A DNA stretch of 63,953 nt, counting the filler, from Octopus bimaculoides (taxonomy: Eukaryota): the NCBI RefSeq assembly GCF_001194135.2. It is 8 parts of 8 records of this genome, joined end to end, with 100 filler letters (N's around TTAATTAATTAA, not from the genome) between each part and the next. Parts side by side here need not be neighbours in the genome. Positions count along the whole stretch, not along the records: positions 1 to 17,821 come from NC_069006.1; 7 more parts are not named here. One strand, written 5' to 3'. Position 1 is the stretch's first letter, and every line of letters starts with the position of its first letter. The notes below the pieces were generated by a model, which saw only the letters and a list, made by a program, of their open reading frames with translations, did not search any database and was not told the DNA's origin. The position numbers and the translations under genes are program-made. Below are positions 1 through 12,075 of the stretch, one piece after another.

Positions 1-259
1 TGACTACCCGTCTGATAAGGGTACACCAGGCACATGCATCACAACCATATGTGCGCGACATGGTGATCTCATATCAAGATAAACAGCGCATGACCTCGCA
101 GGTGGGGCCCAGTTAGAATTTTCTTCAGGTCGAGTAGCCCATCCCGCTCAAAAGGTCCCTAAATAAGGTTTGTTTAAGGATGTTGAACAAAACACCCAAA
201 TTTCCAAAGGTGAATTATTCAAACCCCAAAGAATTCCTCTCAGCACATGGCTATGATGC

Positions 260-260
<1 letters not shown>
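1..260 (-). mobile_element. Fragment of a non-autonomous retroelement/SINE (family A) abutting (ATT)n(AGT)n
   Basis: Near-identical to 22041-22300 and similar to 34515-34620; bounded by a trinucleotide microsatellite. Confidence 0.75.
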
Positions 261-333
<73 letters not shown>

Positions 334-759
334 CTGGGTAGTGGATTTGCAGCATTGTTAGAGCTTCATACACAATACCTTGCAGGTACATGTTCTGGTT
401 GTTTGTGGCTCAGAGTTTGAATCTCAGCAAAGTCGTTTTTCCTTTTCATCCTTCTGAAGTCAAAAAGGTACCAGTCAAAATTATTGGTACTAAAATTAGA
501 ACCCATTCATAATAAGTGTTGCTAAGCAACGTTTCTTCCAGCTCCTTACATTCTGTGTTCAAATTTTGTTGAGGTTGATTTTGCTTTTCATCCTTTCGTG
601 GTTCATAAAAATCGGCACCAGCTGAGTGCTGCGCTTTATGTATTCCACTAATCCTGCCTCTCAATAACTTGCTTTTGCTGTAAGCCAAACTTTCAAACCA
701 TTGTTTAATCATTTTGCTGATGCTTTATTAATATCTGTGTAATTTAGCAGTCTGGCAAA

Positions 760-990
760 GTGAACAATAGAATAAGTGCCAGACTTTAAAAAAAAAAGAA
801 AAAAGAAAAAAAGTGAATTACTGGGGTTGATTTGTTTGGTTAAAAACCCCTCAAGGTGGTGCCCCAGCATGGCCACAATAAATTAACTGAAACAAGTAAA
901 AGACAAAAAGATGAGTGATTTGTTCAGCTAAAGACCCTTGAAGGTGGTGCCCCAGCATGGCCACAATAAATTGACTGAAACAAATAAAAG
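760..990 (+). mobile_element. 3' part of a family B SINE with a tandemly duplicated tail
   Basis: AAGGTGGTGCCCCAGCATGGCCACAATAAATT(A/G)ACTGAAACAA occurs twice (about 853 and about 942) and matches the tail of the 43731-44117 copy. Confidence 0.65.
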
Positions 991-1185
991 GCGAAAAAAA
1001 TAATGAGTTAGTCACTAAGATTTCAATATAAAGCAATTAGATCTTGTAAGAACCAGTCAGAGACCCCTGACAGGAACTATCTGATGACAAGACTTGAACT
1101 CTGCATCAGGGTGTCCATATTCTTATTATTTACCCTACAGAGCTCATGCTAAATGTTTTATAAAATTCCACTCAAATTCCTGATA

Positions 1186-1228
<43 letters not shown>

Positions 1229-1473
1229 CAAAATAAATTATGACTCACAGGTAATATTTACTGTTTGAGATACGATAATGAAAGGCTTAAAGTTTCTCCC
1301 CCCCCCCTCCTGGGGCACTCGTTTGCTCTTCTGCCATAACTGCATGAAAATCTTTTTATTTTTTTTTTCCTTAATATCTCTTTTTGTTTTTATTTGAAAT
1401 AATCATCATTGGAAAATCCAAAAGACTCTTTTTGTGTTTTTTTTTGTTTTTGTTTGTTTGTTTGTTTTTGTAG

Positions 1474-1658
1474 CGAAGGACTGCACTTGTCTAATTAGTA
1501 CTTACAATCATTTGCGCAAACTTTGGGAAAATAAGAATAAGCAAATCTCTCATCAACATCATGCGAATTGTCGAGGAAATGTGCGACAGACAAGCACCCA
1601 GCATGTTGACCGGGAGCAAGTCTGCAGAGCAAGCTCGATGTATAGCTCGGGTTTGTAA
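1474..1658 (+). CDS. Candidate alternative terminal exon of dishevelled (xKDCTCLISTYNHLRKLW...SSMYSSGL*)
   Basis: Long U-rich tract ending TTTTTGTAG. Only the phase-1 frame is open, the same phase as the dvl last exon. CpG-containing unique sequence, with AATAAA about 60 nt after the stop. No homology recognised. Confidence 0.4.
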
Positions 1659-2359
1659 TATCGTTTCTGTTTTTGTTTCCGTTTTTATTTGATTTTGATT
1701 TTTAACTTTAATTTAAAAAAATAAAACACGAAACCATTTCTTTCCTCCCATCTAACATTGATTTTCATAGTCAACAACTTAACCCTAACCCTAAACTCCT
1801 TTACCAGTCCCTGTTCGTCTCCCAGCACAAGCACCACCCTCACCTCACCCCACCTGACATGTTCATCAAAAGACTGTCTGTGTGCTTGCTCAACCTGCTA
1901 CATGTGTGATCAAATGACCCCCTGAATTACCACAGAGCACCTTAGAGCTGTCATGGGTGACCCATGGTCTGTGGGATTTCCTGAAGGGCACGCTTAGCAA
2001 AATATTACTTAGAATCTTTACTTCTGTTTTTAGTATTGCAGCCCAGTTTTTGATTCACCATGTCTCATGCAGCCTGTTTCATGAAAAATAGTTGTCCATA
2101 CCTGGCTTAGAATGTAGAATATTGACTCCTCGAGCATCACCCTTCTCTAAAGAAAAATCAAAAAAGACTGAAGTATGGCTCATTAGACAAAGGCAATGGC
2201 CCACATATATATTTTTATTTGTTTATTATTCTACATTTGTCAGTGGTTGTTATGTATGCCACGTCTTATTCCCCCCACCCCCCATTCCCTCCATTTCTGT
2301 TGCTTGCAGTGATTATTAGCCTATGAGATCGACTATTGTGTCATGATTTAATTTCTGTT

Positions 2360-2490
2360 TAACCTTTAGCATACTGAAGGCGAATCATGTTGCCATACAA
2401 GTTATCTCCCCAGGCACATTGTGTTGCATTGAGAGGAGAGAAAACTCCTACTGCAACATGATTTACTTTCTGTGTGCTAAAGGTTAAAGC
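2360..2490. mobile_element. Short TTAA-flanked MITE (piggyBac-like)
   Basis: Ends TTAACCTTTAGCATA...TGTGCTAAAGGTTAA; the termini resemble those of 59520-59735. Confidence 0.55.
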
Positions 2491-2639
2491 AGAAATTAAA
2501 CAAAACATGACACAACAACCTCTCTAAAAGCTACCAGCTGCTCAGTGGCCCACATTATATTAAATCTGAAAAACCTTGATAACATTTGAGGCCCTTTGCC
2601 CTTTAGCATTTAAATGGACCACAATGTGAGTGCTAAGGG

Positions 2640-2830
2640 GTTAAGCAAGCCATATCCAGCCTAAATATTCTAGCAGATCTAATCTCTCTCATTTATCTTA
2701 CAATGTCATTCTAAAAATAAACAATGACATTCTAAAAATAAACAATGACATCAATGAAATCTTGGGGCCATGAGATAATTCATGACCATTGAAAGCAATG
2801 CAAATAAATAAATATTAAATTTGATAGTAA
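2640..2830. mobile_element. Degenerate copy of the piggyBac-like MITE with an internal 21-bp tandem duplication
   Basis: The body matches 59520-59735; CATTCTAAAAATAAACAATGA occurs twice at about 2707-2748. Confidence 0.55.
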
Positions 2831-2999
2831 TCTTGAATAGTGGATGGTCAGAGAGCACACGAGTGACCAACTTGAGAAGTGTGGCACATCCATCACCAAT
2901 CTATGCGTTGGATAATGTCTCCCTAGAAAGACAGGGTGACCATTGCTTTCAATCAAAGGTCTGATTGATCTGGGGCTGAACTGGTGCTAAACAGTGAGT

Positions 3000-3293
3000 G
3001 GCACTCCGTCGCTTACGACGTCAAGGGTTCCAGTTGATCTGATCAACGGAACAGCCTGCTCGTGGAATTGACGTGCAAGTGGCTGAGCACTCCACAGACA
3101 CGTGTACCCTTAACGTAGTTCTCGGGGATATTCAGCGTGACACAGAGTGTGACAAGGCTGACCCTTTGAATTACAGGCACAACAGAAACAGGAAGTAAGA
3201 GTGAGAGAAAGTTGTGGTGAAAGAGTACAGCAGGGTTTGCCACCATCCCCTGCCGGAGCCTCGTGGAGCTTTAGGTGTTTTCGCTCAATAAAC
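3000..3293 (-). mobile_element. tRNA-derived SINE (family D), head lost in the gap
   Basis: Near-identical to 56679-57057 and 60662-61028. Confidence 0.85.
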
Positions 3294-4212
3294 NNNNNNN
3301 NNNNNNNNNNNNNNNNNNNNNNNNNNNNNNNNNNNNNNNNNNNNNNNNNNNNNNNNNNNNNNNNNNNNNNNNNNNNNNNNNNNNNNNNNNNNNNNNNNNN
3401 NNNNNNNNNNNNNNNNNNNNNNNNNNNNNNNNNNNNNNNNNNNNNNNNNNNNNNNNNNNNNNNNNNNNNNNNNNNNNNNNNNNNNNNNNNNNNNNNNNNN
3501 NNNNNNNNNNNNNNNNNNNNNNNNNNNNNNNNNNNNNNNNNNNNNNNNNNNNNNNNNNNNNNNNNNNNNNNNNNNNNNNNNNNNNNNNNNNNNNNNNNNN
3601 NNNNNNNNNNNNNNNNNNNNNNNNNNNNNNNNNNNNNNNNNNNNNNNNNNNNNNNNNNNNNNNNNNNNNNNNNNNNNNNNNNNNNNNNNNNNNNNNNNNN
3701 NNNNNNNNNNNNNNNNNNNNNNNNNNNNNNNNNNNNNNNNNNNNNNNNNNNNNNNNNNNNNNNNNNNNNNNNNNNNNNNNNNNNNNNNNNNNNNNNNNNN
3801 NNNNNNNNNNNNNNNNNNNNNNNNNNNNNNNNNNNNNNNNNNNNNNNNNNNNNNNNNNNNNNNNNNNNNNNNNNNNNNNNNNNNNNNNNNNNNNNNNNNN
3901 NNNNNNNNNNNNNNNNNNNNNNNNNNNNNNNNNNNNNNNNNNNNNNNNNNNNNNNNNNNNNNNNNNNNNNNNNNNNNNNNNNNNNNNNNNNNNNNNNNNN
4001 NNNNNNNNNNNNNNNNNNNNNNNNNNNNNNNNNNNNNNNNNNNNNNNNNNNNNNNNNNNNNNCTATTGCAGCCCCTAATTTCCCATAAACTGCTGTTTGC
4101 ATCTCAGCATTCTTATAACTTCTCCCACCTGTTTTATCTATTGTTTTAAAAAAATTATATTCTTATTTTAAACTCCTTTTTTAGATAAAGAGTCTATATT
4201 AAATTTCTTTAG

Positions 4213-4266
4213 ATAGAAGACATCATTTCACAATTGCCGGTTTGCAAAGAGGCAGGAATGATGAGA
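4213..4266 (+). CDS. Candidate 54-nt in-frame cassette exon of dishevelled (xRRHHFTIAGLQRGRNDE)
   Basis: TTTCTTTAG acceptor and GTATGT donor. Length is 18 codons, symmetric phase 1, open in the frame used by the dvl last exon. Confidence 0.4.
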
Positions 4267-4936
4267 GTATGTAGTAGTAGTAGTAATATGCTTAGCGAAA
4301 GGGCTACTGCTATTGAACTCCAGAACAACACCATCTGGGGTATAAAGAGAAAGAATGGGAAAGAAAAAAAAAAAAAAAACTTGCATCACTTTCCAAACAT
4401 TTGGAACAAAAGAATGCAGGGAAAAATATAAATATTGGATTTGAAACCCAGCATTTAGGAATGGATAGAAGTTTGCTAACATCTATATTAATAGATAAAA
4501 TCTGCATTTTCAACCTCCTCATTTCAATCTTAACCAAAAATCTGAAGTATTCTCAACTTGTCAGGATATGCTAAAATACTTTTGATTAACTTCAAAGCAG
4601 AACTGCCTAATGGAAAGGGACTCTGCATCAATGACCAATTAAAGAGGTGCCAACACTTTGCAAATATCCTAATTGCTATTTTATTTCTCCTTATTTTAGA
4701 CTCACTGATGAGTAGGGATGGCTGTAAGGTCAGTCACATCAAACCTATAAGTATGACGAAATAAACCCTGTTTTCCAACCCAACATGCAATTATTACAGG
4801 CTCTACATATTTCTAACGTAGGTGTGTATTGAGCACTTTTGGGTTTTGTAAGAAACGACAAACAAAACTGATACCACATATTATATAAACTTATTTTCTT
4901 TTTATATTTTGACTCTACTGCTTCCAGCATGCTGCA

Positions 4937-4993
<57 letters not shown>

Positions 4994-6182
4994 NNNNNNN
5001 NNNNNNNNNNNNNNNNNNNNNNNNNNNNNNNNNNNNNNNNNNNNNNNNNNNNNNNNNNNNNNNNNNNNNNNNNNNNNNNNNNNNNNNNNNNNNNNNNNNN
5101 NNNNNNNNNNNNNNNNNNNNNNNNNNNNNNNNNNNNNNNNNNNNNNNNNNNNNNNNNNNNNNNNNNNNNNNNNNNNNNNNNNNNNNNNNNNNNNNNNNNN
5201 NNNNNNNNNNNNNNNNNNNNNNNNNNNNNNNNNNNNNNNNNNNNNNNNNNNNNNNNNNNNNNNNNNNNNNNNNNNNNNNNNNNNNNNNNNNNNNNNNNNN
5301 NNNNNNNNNNNNNNNNNNNNNNNNNNNNNNNNNNNNNNNNNNNNNNNNNNNNNNNNNNNNNNNNNNNNNNNNNNNNNNNNNNNNNNNNNNNNNNNNNNNN
5401 NNNNNNNNNNNNNNNNNNNNNNNNNNNNNNNNNNNNNNNNNNNNNNNNNNNNNNNNNNNNNNNNNNNNNNNNNNNNNNNNNNNNNNNNNNNNNNNNNNNN
5501 NNNNNNNNNNNNNNNNNNNNNNNNNNNNNNNNNNNNNNNNNNNNNNNNNNNNNNNNNNNNNNNNNNNNNNNNNNNNNNNNNNNNNNNNNNNNNNNNNNNN
5601 NNNNNNNNNNNNNNNNNNNNNNNNNNNNNNNNNNNNNNNNNNNNNNNNNNNNNNNNNNNNNNNNNNNNNNNNNNNNNNNNNNNNNNNNNNNNNNNNNNNN
5701 NNNNNNNNNNNGAGGGGGGGGCATCATTCTAAAGCTAAAACTATGCAAGCACATTGTGACCTGCATTGTATAACATCTGCTAAGTCTGGCCGATCACATA
5801 ATATATTATATAGTAGAAGTCAACTTGTGATTGGTCAAGACCACTTAGAAAGTCCAAGCAAACATTCTGGGAGCCCAAGAACTTCCTGTGTGTGAGTGGA
5901 TAAAGTGCTGCATTGCACTGAGGCTCCTTTGCGTCACAATCAGCCATAAAACCAGTGGCACAACAGAAGTTAAGAAGACCACGAATTAACTCTGCTTCAG
6001 GTTTTCTTTCTTTTTTTTTTAATATGAATTCACCTTCTCTCGAAAGGACATTCATGGGTTCCTTCACTCCCAGTGCATCACATGCTATTTAGCCTATAGC
6101 TGAGACCATACCAGGTCCTACTATTCAGCGTCAGATGCAGTGTTAAATCATACTCAGGACATGTGTGTGTGTATATATATTA

Positions 6183-6380
6183 AGGGCAGTGAGCTGGCAG
6201 AATTGTTAGCATGCCAGGTGAAATGCTTAGCAATATTTCGTCTGCTGTTACGCTCTGAGTTCAAATTTCACCGAGGTGGACTTTGCCTTTCATCCTTTTG
6301 GGATTGATGTAATCGACTTAATTCCTTTGTCTGTCCTTGTTTGTCCCCTCTATGTTTAGCCCCCTGTGGGCAATAAAGAT
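6183..6380 (+). mobile_element. SINE family C copy
   Basis: Matches 14314-14547 (GAGCTGGCAGAA...TGAGTTCAAATT...GACTTTGCCTTTCATCC...TTTGTCCCCTC). Confidence 0.75.
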
Positions 6381-6393
6381 ATATGAAGAGGTA

Positions 6394-6665
6394 AAGATCC
6401 CCTTCGAGACACAAGTCCAAGCAAGGCTGTCTGTGAGAAACCAGCAGTTGTCCATACATGCCAATCTCTTCTCCCATACCACTGATGTTATCCAAGGGAT
6501 AGGCAAGGGCTGATACAGCTTGGCATCAGTGATGTCACAGCTCATTTCTACAGCTGAGTAAACTGGAATAACGTGAAATAAAGTGTTTTGCTCAAGAACT
6601 CAGCACACAGCCCGGTCCCTATAATTGTGAGTCAGATGCCCTAACTACTGAGCCATGTGCCTTCA
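6394..6665 (-). mobile_element. tRNA-headed SINE (family G)
   Basis: Shares its body with 15498-15703; tRNA-like head near 6620-6660 on the minus strand; CORE-like central segment (inferred). Confidence 0.65.
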
Positions 6666-7136
6666 CCTATATTGTGTGTGTGTGTGTGTGTTTTCTACTT
6701 ATTCTGGCTGCAACAATTTTGTATTTTAGTGGACCAGGATGAATGCTTGAAGTGTGGAAAAGTGGGGCATGTGACGATGATGTAGACAATCAAAATGATG
6801 ATGATGATGATAAAAATGACCGATGGTTATAGTTTTTTAAATGGCAAAGGTAGCATCAAATTTTCAGAAAAATGTATCATGAAGGCCACCACATCTTAAT
6901 CTTTTCTATGTTTAATTTAACAGTATGATTGGATTAATATTTTCTCAGCTACCTCAAGATGAAAGCTGGGTAGATATTATCCTAGTGCTGCTGCTGATGT
7001 TGATGATAATTAATGGTGGTGATGGTGATTTATGATGATGTTGGTTGTGGTGATGATGGTTATCATGGCAGCAGTGATGGCGATGGCGGTGATGATGATG
7101 AAGATGACTATGGTGTTGATAATGGTGGTGATACAG

Positions 7137-7168
<32 letters not shown>

Positions 7169-7357
7169 CATCATTTCTACGTTGATAATGTTTCCAATGC
7201 CAGTGGCAATAAGTTTTCGAGATGTTGGCTAAGATAAAAACTTGCTATGTCTCTTCTTCATTGGTAGATTTCAACAAGTTAATTCTGTGAACATTTTATA
7301 CATATATATTTACATACGTGTATATATACATACATATATACATATACATATACATAC

Positions 7358-7438
<81 letters not shown>

Positions 7439-8382
7439 CACACACAACTGTGAATGATATGTGCATGGTGGTAGTATGGATCTTGGTATTTGATATCTTG
7501 TAATATCTGCAGCTAAAGTCTCTTTTTTACTTTGTAAATTCTTTAATATGGTATTTGTGTTTGGTCTTCACCAGACAGGAATTGGTTAATTGGAAACTGC
7601 AGGAAGATACGTTAAAAGGAAGAACGACTGTATTATACTGCTATGTTGGTTACACTCTTACTGTTACAATAGGATCCTACAAAGGGGTTGCACATTGCCC
7701 CATCATTCACTGACAAATGTGCGTGTGTGTGTGTGGAGGCAGAGGAAAGGGGAGGGTGAGCATGTGAGTTCACACATGAAATATTGGAAAGTTGATGCAC
7801 GTGAAAGCACACAGTTGTTTGCGTGTGCACGTGCACACGCTCTCATACACACACACACACACACATGCTCTCATATACACACATACACATATGCTCCCTG
7901 TTTGCTCTCCTTATGGGAAATAGCAGCCAAATCACCCTCATGTTACAATTACCTTGTGTTTTTTTTTCTTTAAAAATGGTAGCACTAAAATAGCTTTGTT
8001 TCACCATTGGGCTCCACAAAGGTGTGTGTGTGTGTGGAGAATAGATGTTTAACTGTGGCCAGTGGTGGTGATAATGAAGAGGATGGCAGTATTGGTATAA
8101 AGGGTGGGGCATAGTTTTGATGAAGAGATTGTAAAATGGAATGTTAATACCAGTTTGAATCTGCTAGAAGCACATTCGGACTTGGAAACAAACCATTCAC
8201 TGTGTTGGTCATGGAGAGAACTTCTTAATGTAGACATATGCTGTAAATACACCGACATCAGCTCACTGCACCACCTATGCAGACTGAGATGCAAGAACAG
8301 TTATCTGCTCTTCAGTCACAGAGACCAGATGGCAGCACCACTGTCACAGTCCGGATAGGTGGTGCTGCAAGATGATGTACTC

Positions 8383-8777
8383 TTTTCAGTCATTTGACTG
8401 CGGCCATGCTGGAGTACCGCCTTTAGTCGAGCAAATCGACCCGAGGACTTATTCTTTGGAAGCCTAGTACTTATTCTATCAGTCCATTTTGCCGAACCGC
8501 TAAATTACAGGGATGTAAACACACCAGCATCGGTTGTCAAGCGATGTTGGGGGGACAAACGCAGACACACGAATATATACACATGCATGCATATACATAC
8601 ATATACATATATATGACGTGCTTCTTTCAGTTTCCGTCTACCAAATCCACTCACAAGGCTTTGGTCGACCCGTGGCTATAGTAGAAGACACTTGCCCAAG
8701 GTGCCACGCAGTGGGAATGAACCCGGAACCGTGTGGTTGGTAAGCAAACAACTTACCACACAGCCACTCCTGTGCCT
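8383..8777 (-). mobile_element. Full-length family B SINE
   Basis: Reverse complement of 43731-44117, with the internal (AC/AT)n segment. Confidence 0.85.
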
Positions 8778-9985
8778 AATGTGAGTGTATTTACACCATA
8801 TTTCTACATTAAGAAGTTTTCTCCAGGTCAAAACATGGTGAATGGTTTGTTTACAATTTTCAATGTGCTTCTAGTATATTTGAACAGGTATTAACGTCAC
8901 ACTTTTGATTATCACCACTTGGTGCACTCACCCCGTAATTGTAAAATGGGAAAATATTCTGCCATAGATCCATATTCTCAGGTCTATGGAAATGCAAAAA
9001 CTGTGAAACTGATGATGTTCATGATGATGATGATGGTAATAATCATGATGAACTCAGGTGATGGAAAAAACGATCATGACAAGAACCCAAAAGATGATGA
9101 TGACCACAACAATGATGATTTAGAGTGGTGACTCCCAATGCTTTCTTTTCTTCTGAACCCCTTAGGCAGTGCTTGATTCATTTTTTACACCTTAAAAAAG
9201 TAACATCACATTTGAAAATAAGAAGAAGGAAAATCCTAATTTTCTGATAATTAATTAATGACTGCTATTAATGTCAAATAATAATAATAATAATAATAAT
9301 AATAAAGTTACTGGTGTGCTTCAATAGAACAATGTTATTCTAAAGAGAAAGATAATTCCACTTTGGTAAATGACTTTTAATATGTAAAGTAAATACTTTT
9401 CTTTTTAAAAGAGATTTATTGAAATACTAGCAAATTTATACACCATGCTCTGTCTCAATCTCTCTCTCTAGAGTTTTCTCACTTAGTCTCTCTCTTCTCT
9501 CACCATCTCTCTCTGCTTTCTGCTCCTTTTCTCTCTTTTCCTTATGCATCAATGCACACACAATTAGATTTAAACCAGTACTACACCACACAGGCTCCTG
9601 CATTACTCATCTAAAACGTCTTTGCTCTGATATTTATTAATTTTCTATGTGTGTAAGATGGAGGTGGCTTCAGACACACACACACACACATTTATGGATT
9701 CAGTCGTTTTGGGTTTATGTGTTAATTTTTAACTAATATTTATCTTGTAATCTACCAATCTCAAGAGGAATTTAGAAACGTGTTGCAGTTATATGCACCT
9801 GCTTGCACATACACAAACACACGTGCACTTTTTTCCTGTTTCCACCTTTGTTTTCTAAACCAACATCTTGTTCTCTTTTTCACAAAGAAACCTCAGGTAA
9901 CTCTAAAGCTTTGCCAACACACTAACTACTTTCTTTGTCTTGCTCACATTTTCCTAACGTGCCTCTGTTTATCTTTGTCTTTTAG

Positions 9986-10245
9986 GGAGTAGTGCATCTG
10001 GCAGCAGTGAGAAAAAGAAAGACAAGGAGAAGTCCGAACGGAAATCCGCAAGCCCTGCTGGAAGTGGTAGCAGTGATACAGACACTGGTAGTTTGGCCAG
10101 TGCTAGGCGGGGAGCTCCTAGTGAGCGCAGTCTCCCCCCTATGCCACGCGAGCTTGGACAGATGCCCCCAGACCTGTCTGGCAGTCGACAGTCTTTCAGA
10201 ATGGCCATGGGAAATCCATGTGAGTTTTTTGTGGATGTCTTGTAA
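9986..10245 (+). CDS. DVL: Dishevelled terminal coding exon (Dsh_C region): [16 protein letters not shown]...[24 protein letters not shown]
   Basis: TCTTTGTCTTTTAG acceptor, phase 1, 260 nt to TAA. The C-terminus matches the Dishevelled hallmark SRQSF.MAMGNP(C/S)EFFVD(V/I)(M/L). Upstream DIX/PDZ/DEP exons are not visible in the window. Confidence 0.95.
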
Positions 10246-10893
10246 AAGACATTTGGTTTTGCTGGTCGGAATCGTTGCTGATGCTGCTGCGAATTGTCTT
10301 GTGTCTGAATATGAATCTTCCTGCATGCTAGGATTCACACTCACTTACATATATTGTGTGTGTGTGTGTGTGTATGTGTGTGTGCACATTCACATATATA
10401 TATATATATAAACATATATGTACATCATAGCATTTGTTATGTATTTGATTATCTTCAAGTCTTACTTTTTTTTTTTGAAAATTCTATTGTTTGTCTTAAA
10501 AAAAAAAACCCGAAAAAACTGACCAATACCCAATTGGCACAGGTGTGGTTGAGTGGTAAGAGGTTTGCTTCCCAACCATATGGTTCTGGATTCAGTGCCG
10601 AGTACTATAGCCTCAAGCCAGCGAAAGCTTTTCGAGTGGATTGGTAGATGGAAACTGAAAGAAGCCCATTGTGTGTGTGTGTGTGTATATTTATGTACAC
10701 ACACACACAAACACATATAGATAGATAGATGTACCTATACTTACATACACGTGTGTGTATATGTGTAATATATATTTCTCTTAATTTCGTGGGGGGGGGG
10801 GCAGTGTAATTTACTGATTATGTAAGAGGACCATGTCAGCTCTGTATTATAAAATGTAAAATTAATCTATTTGACAGTGAATATTTACAGGCC

Positions 10894-10899
10894 AATAAA
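10894..10899 (+). terminator. Possible proximal polyadenylation signal of dvl
   Basis: First AATAAA seen downstream of the dvl stop. U-rich unique sequence continues to about 13800, so a longer UTR is also possible. Confidence 0.3.
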
Positions 10900-11555
10900 T
10901 ATTTTAAAGAAAGATAATCATGCCATGATGAGAATGTATATATATATAATGTATGTGTGCACATATACATATGTTCATATATGTGTNNNNNNNNNNNNNN
11001 NNNNNNNNNNNNNNNNNNNNNNNNNNNNNNNNNNNNNNNNNNNNNNNNNNNNNNNNNNNNNNNNNNNNNNNNNNNNNNNNNNNNNNNNNNNNNNNNNNNN
11101 NNNNNNNNNNNNNNNNNNNNNNNNNNNNNNNNNNNNNNNNNNNNNNNNNNNNNNNNNNNNNNNNNNNNNNNNNNNNNNNNNNNNNNNNNNNNNNNNNNNN
11201 NNNNNNNNNNNNNNNNNNNNNNNNNNNNNNNNNNNNNNNNNNNNNNNNNNNNNNNNNNNNNNNNNNNNNNNNNNNNNNNNNNNNNNNNNNNNNNNNNNNN
11301 NNNNNNNNNNNNNNNNNNNNNNNNNNNNNNNNNNNNNNNNNNNNNNNNNNNNNNNNNNNNNNNNNNNNNNNNNNNNNNNNNNNNNNNNNNNNNNNNNNNN
11401 GTGTGTGTATGTATATATATATATGTATGTATATACATGTGTATATATATGCGTATGTGTGTGTTTATATATATGTATATCTGTATATATGTATATGTAT
11501 ATATATGTATATCTATGCATATATGTGTATATGTATGTGTGTGTATATATATATA

Positions 11556-11591
<36 letters not shown>

Positions 11592-11872
11592 AGCAAGGCA
11601 ACTGTTGTCAACGTATGTTTAGTAAAAATCTCACCAACATTGTCTGTCTGTGTGTTCTCTCTATGTATCTGCTTCATCACCTCAACGCCTTGTTTATCAA
11701 GATGTGTATTTCCTAACTGTTCTTGAAAGACTAACAATGTTCATAGTTTTTAGAATGTTATTGATATAATCACACACAAACACACACACACACATATATA
11801 TTGTATGTATATGTATGCACATAATGTATGTTGGCGTATATGTATAAGCATATAAGTATGTACATATATAAT

Positions 11873-11909
<37 letters not shown>

Positions 11910-11943
11910 CACACACATATATGCATGAGTATGTATATAGATA

Positions 11944-11977
<34 letters not shown>

Positions 11978-12075
11978 CATACATACATGCATACATACAC
12001 ACATAATGTATGTTTGTATATATGCATATACATATATAAATTAAAAACGTAAAATTAAAACAGAACACAAAGGAT

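Noticed and set aside
1780-1795. TAACCCTAACCCTAA telomere-like repeat
   Set aside because: Only about 2.5 units; expected by chance.
3110-5895. Long ORFs spanning N runs (also at 10.8-11.7, 24.6-25.8, 39.1-39.9 and 50.0-50.8 kb)
   Set aside because: They are open only because N codons contain no stops.
8233-8358. Possible phase-1 exon DICCKYTD...LSQSG* in the dvl intron
   Set aside because: Mediocre acceptor, no recognisable motif, adjacent to a SINE; insufficient support.
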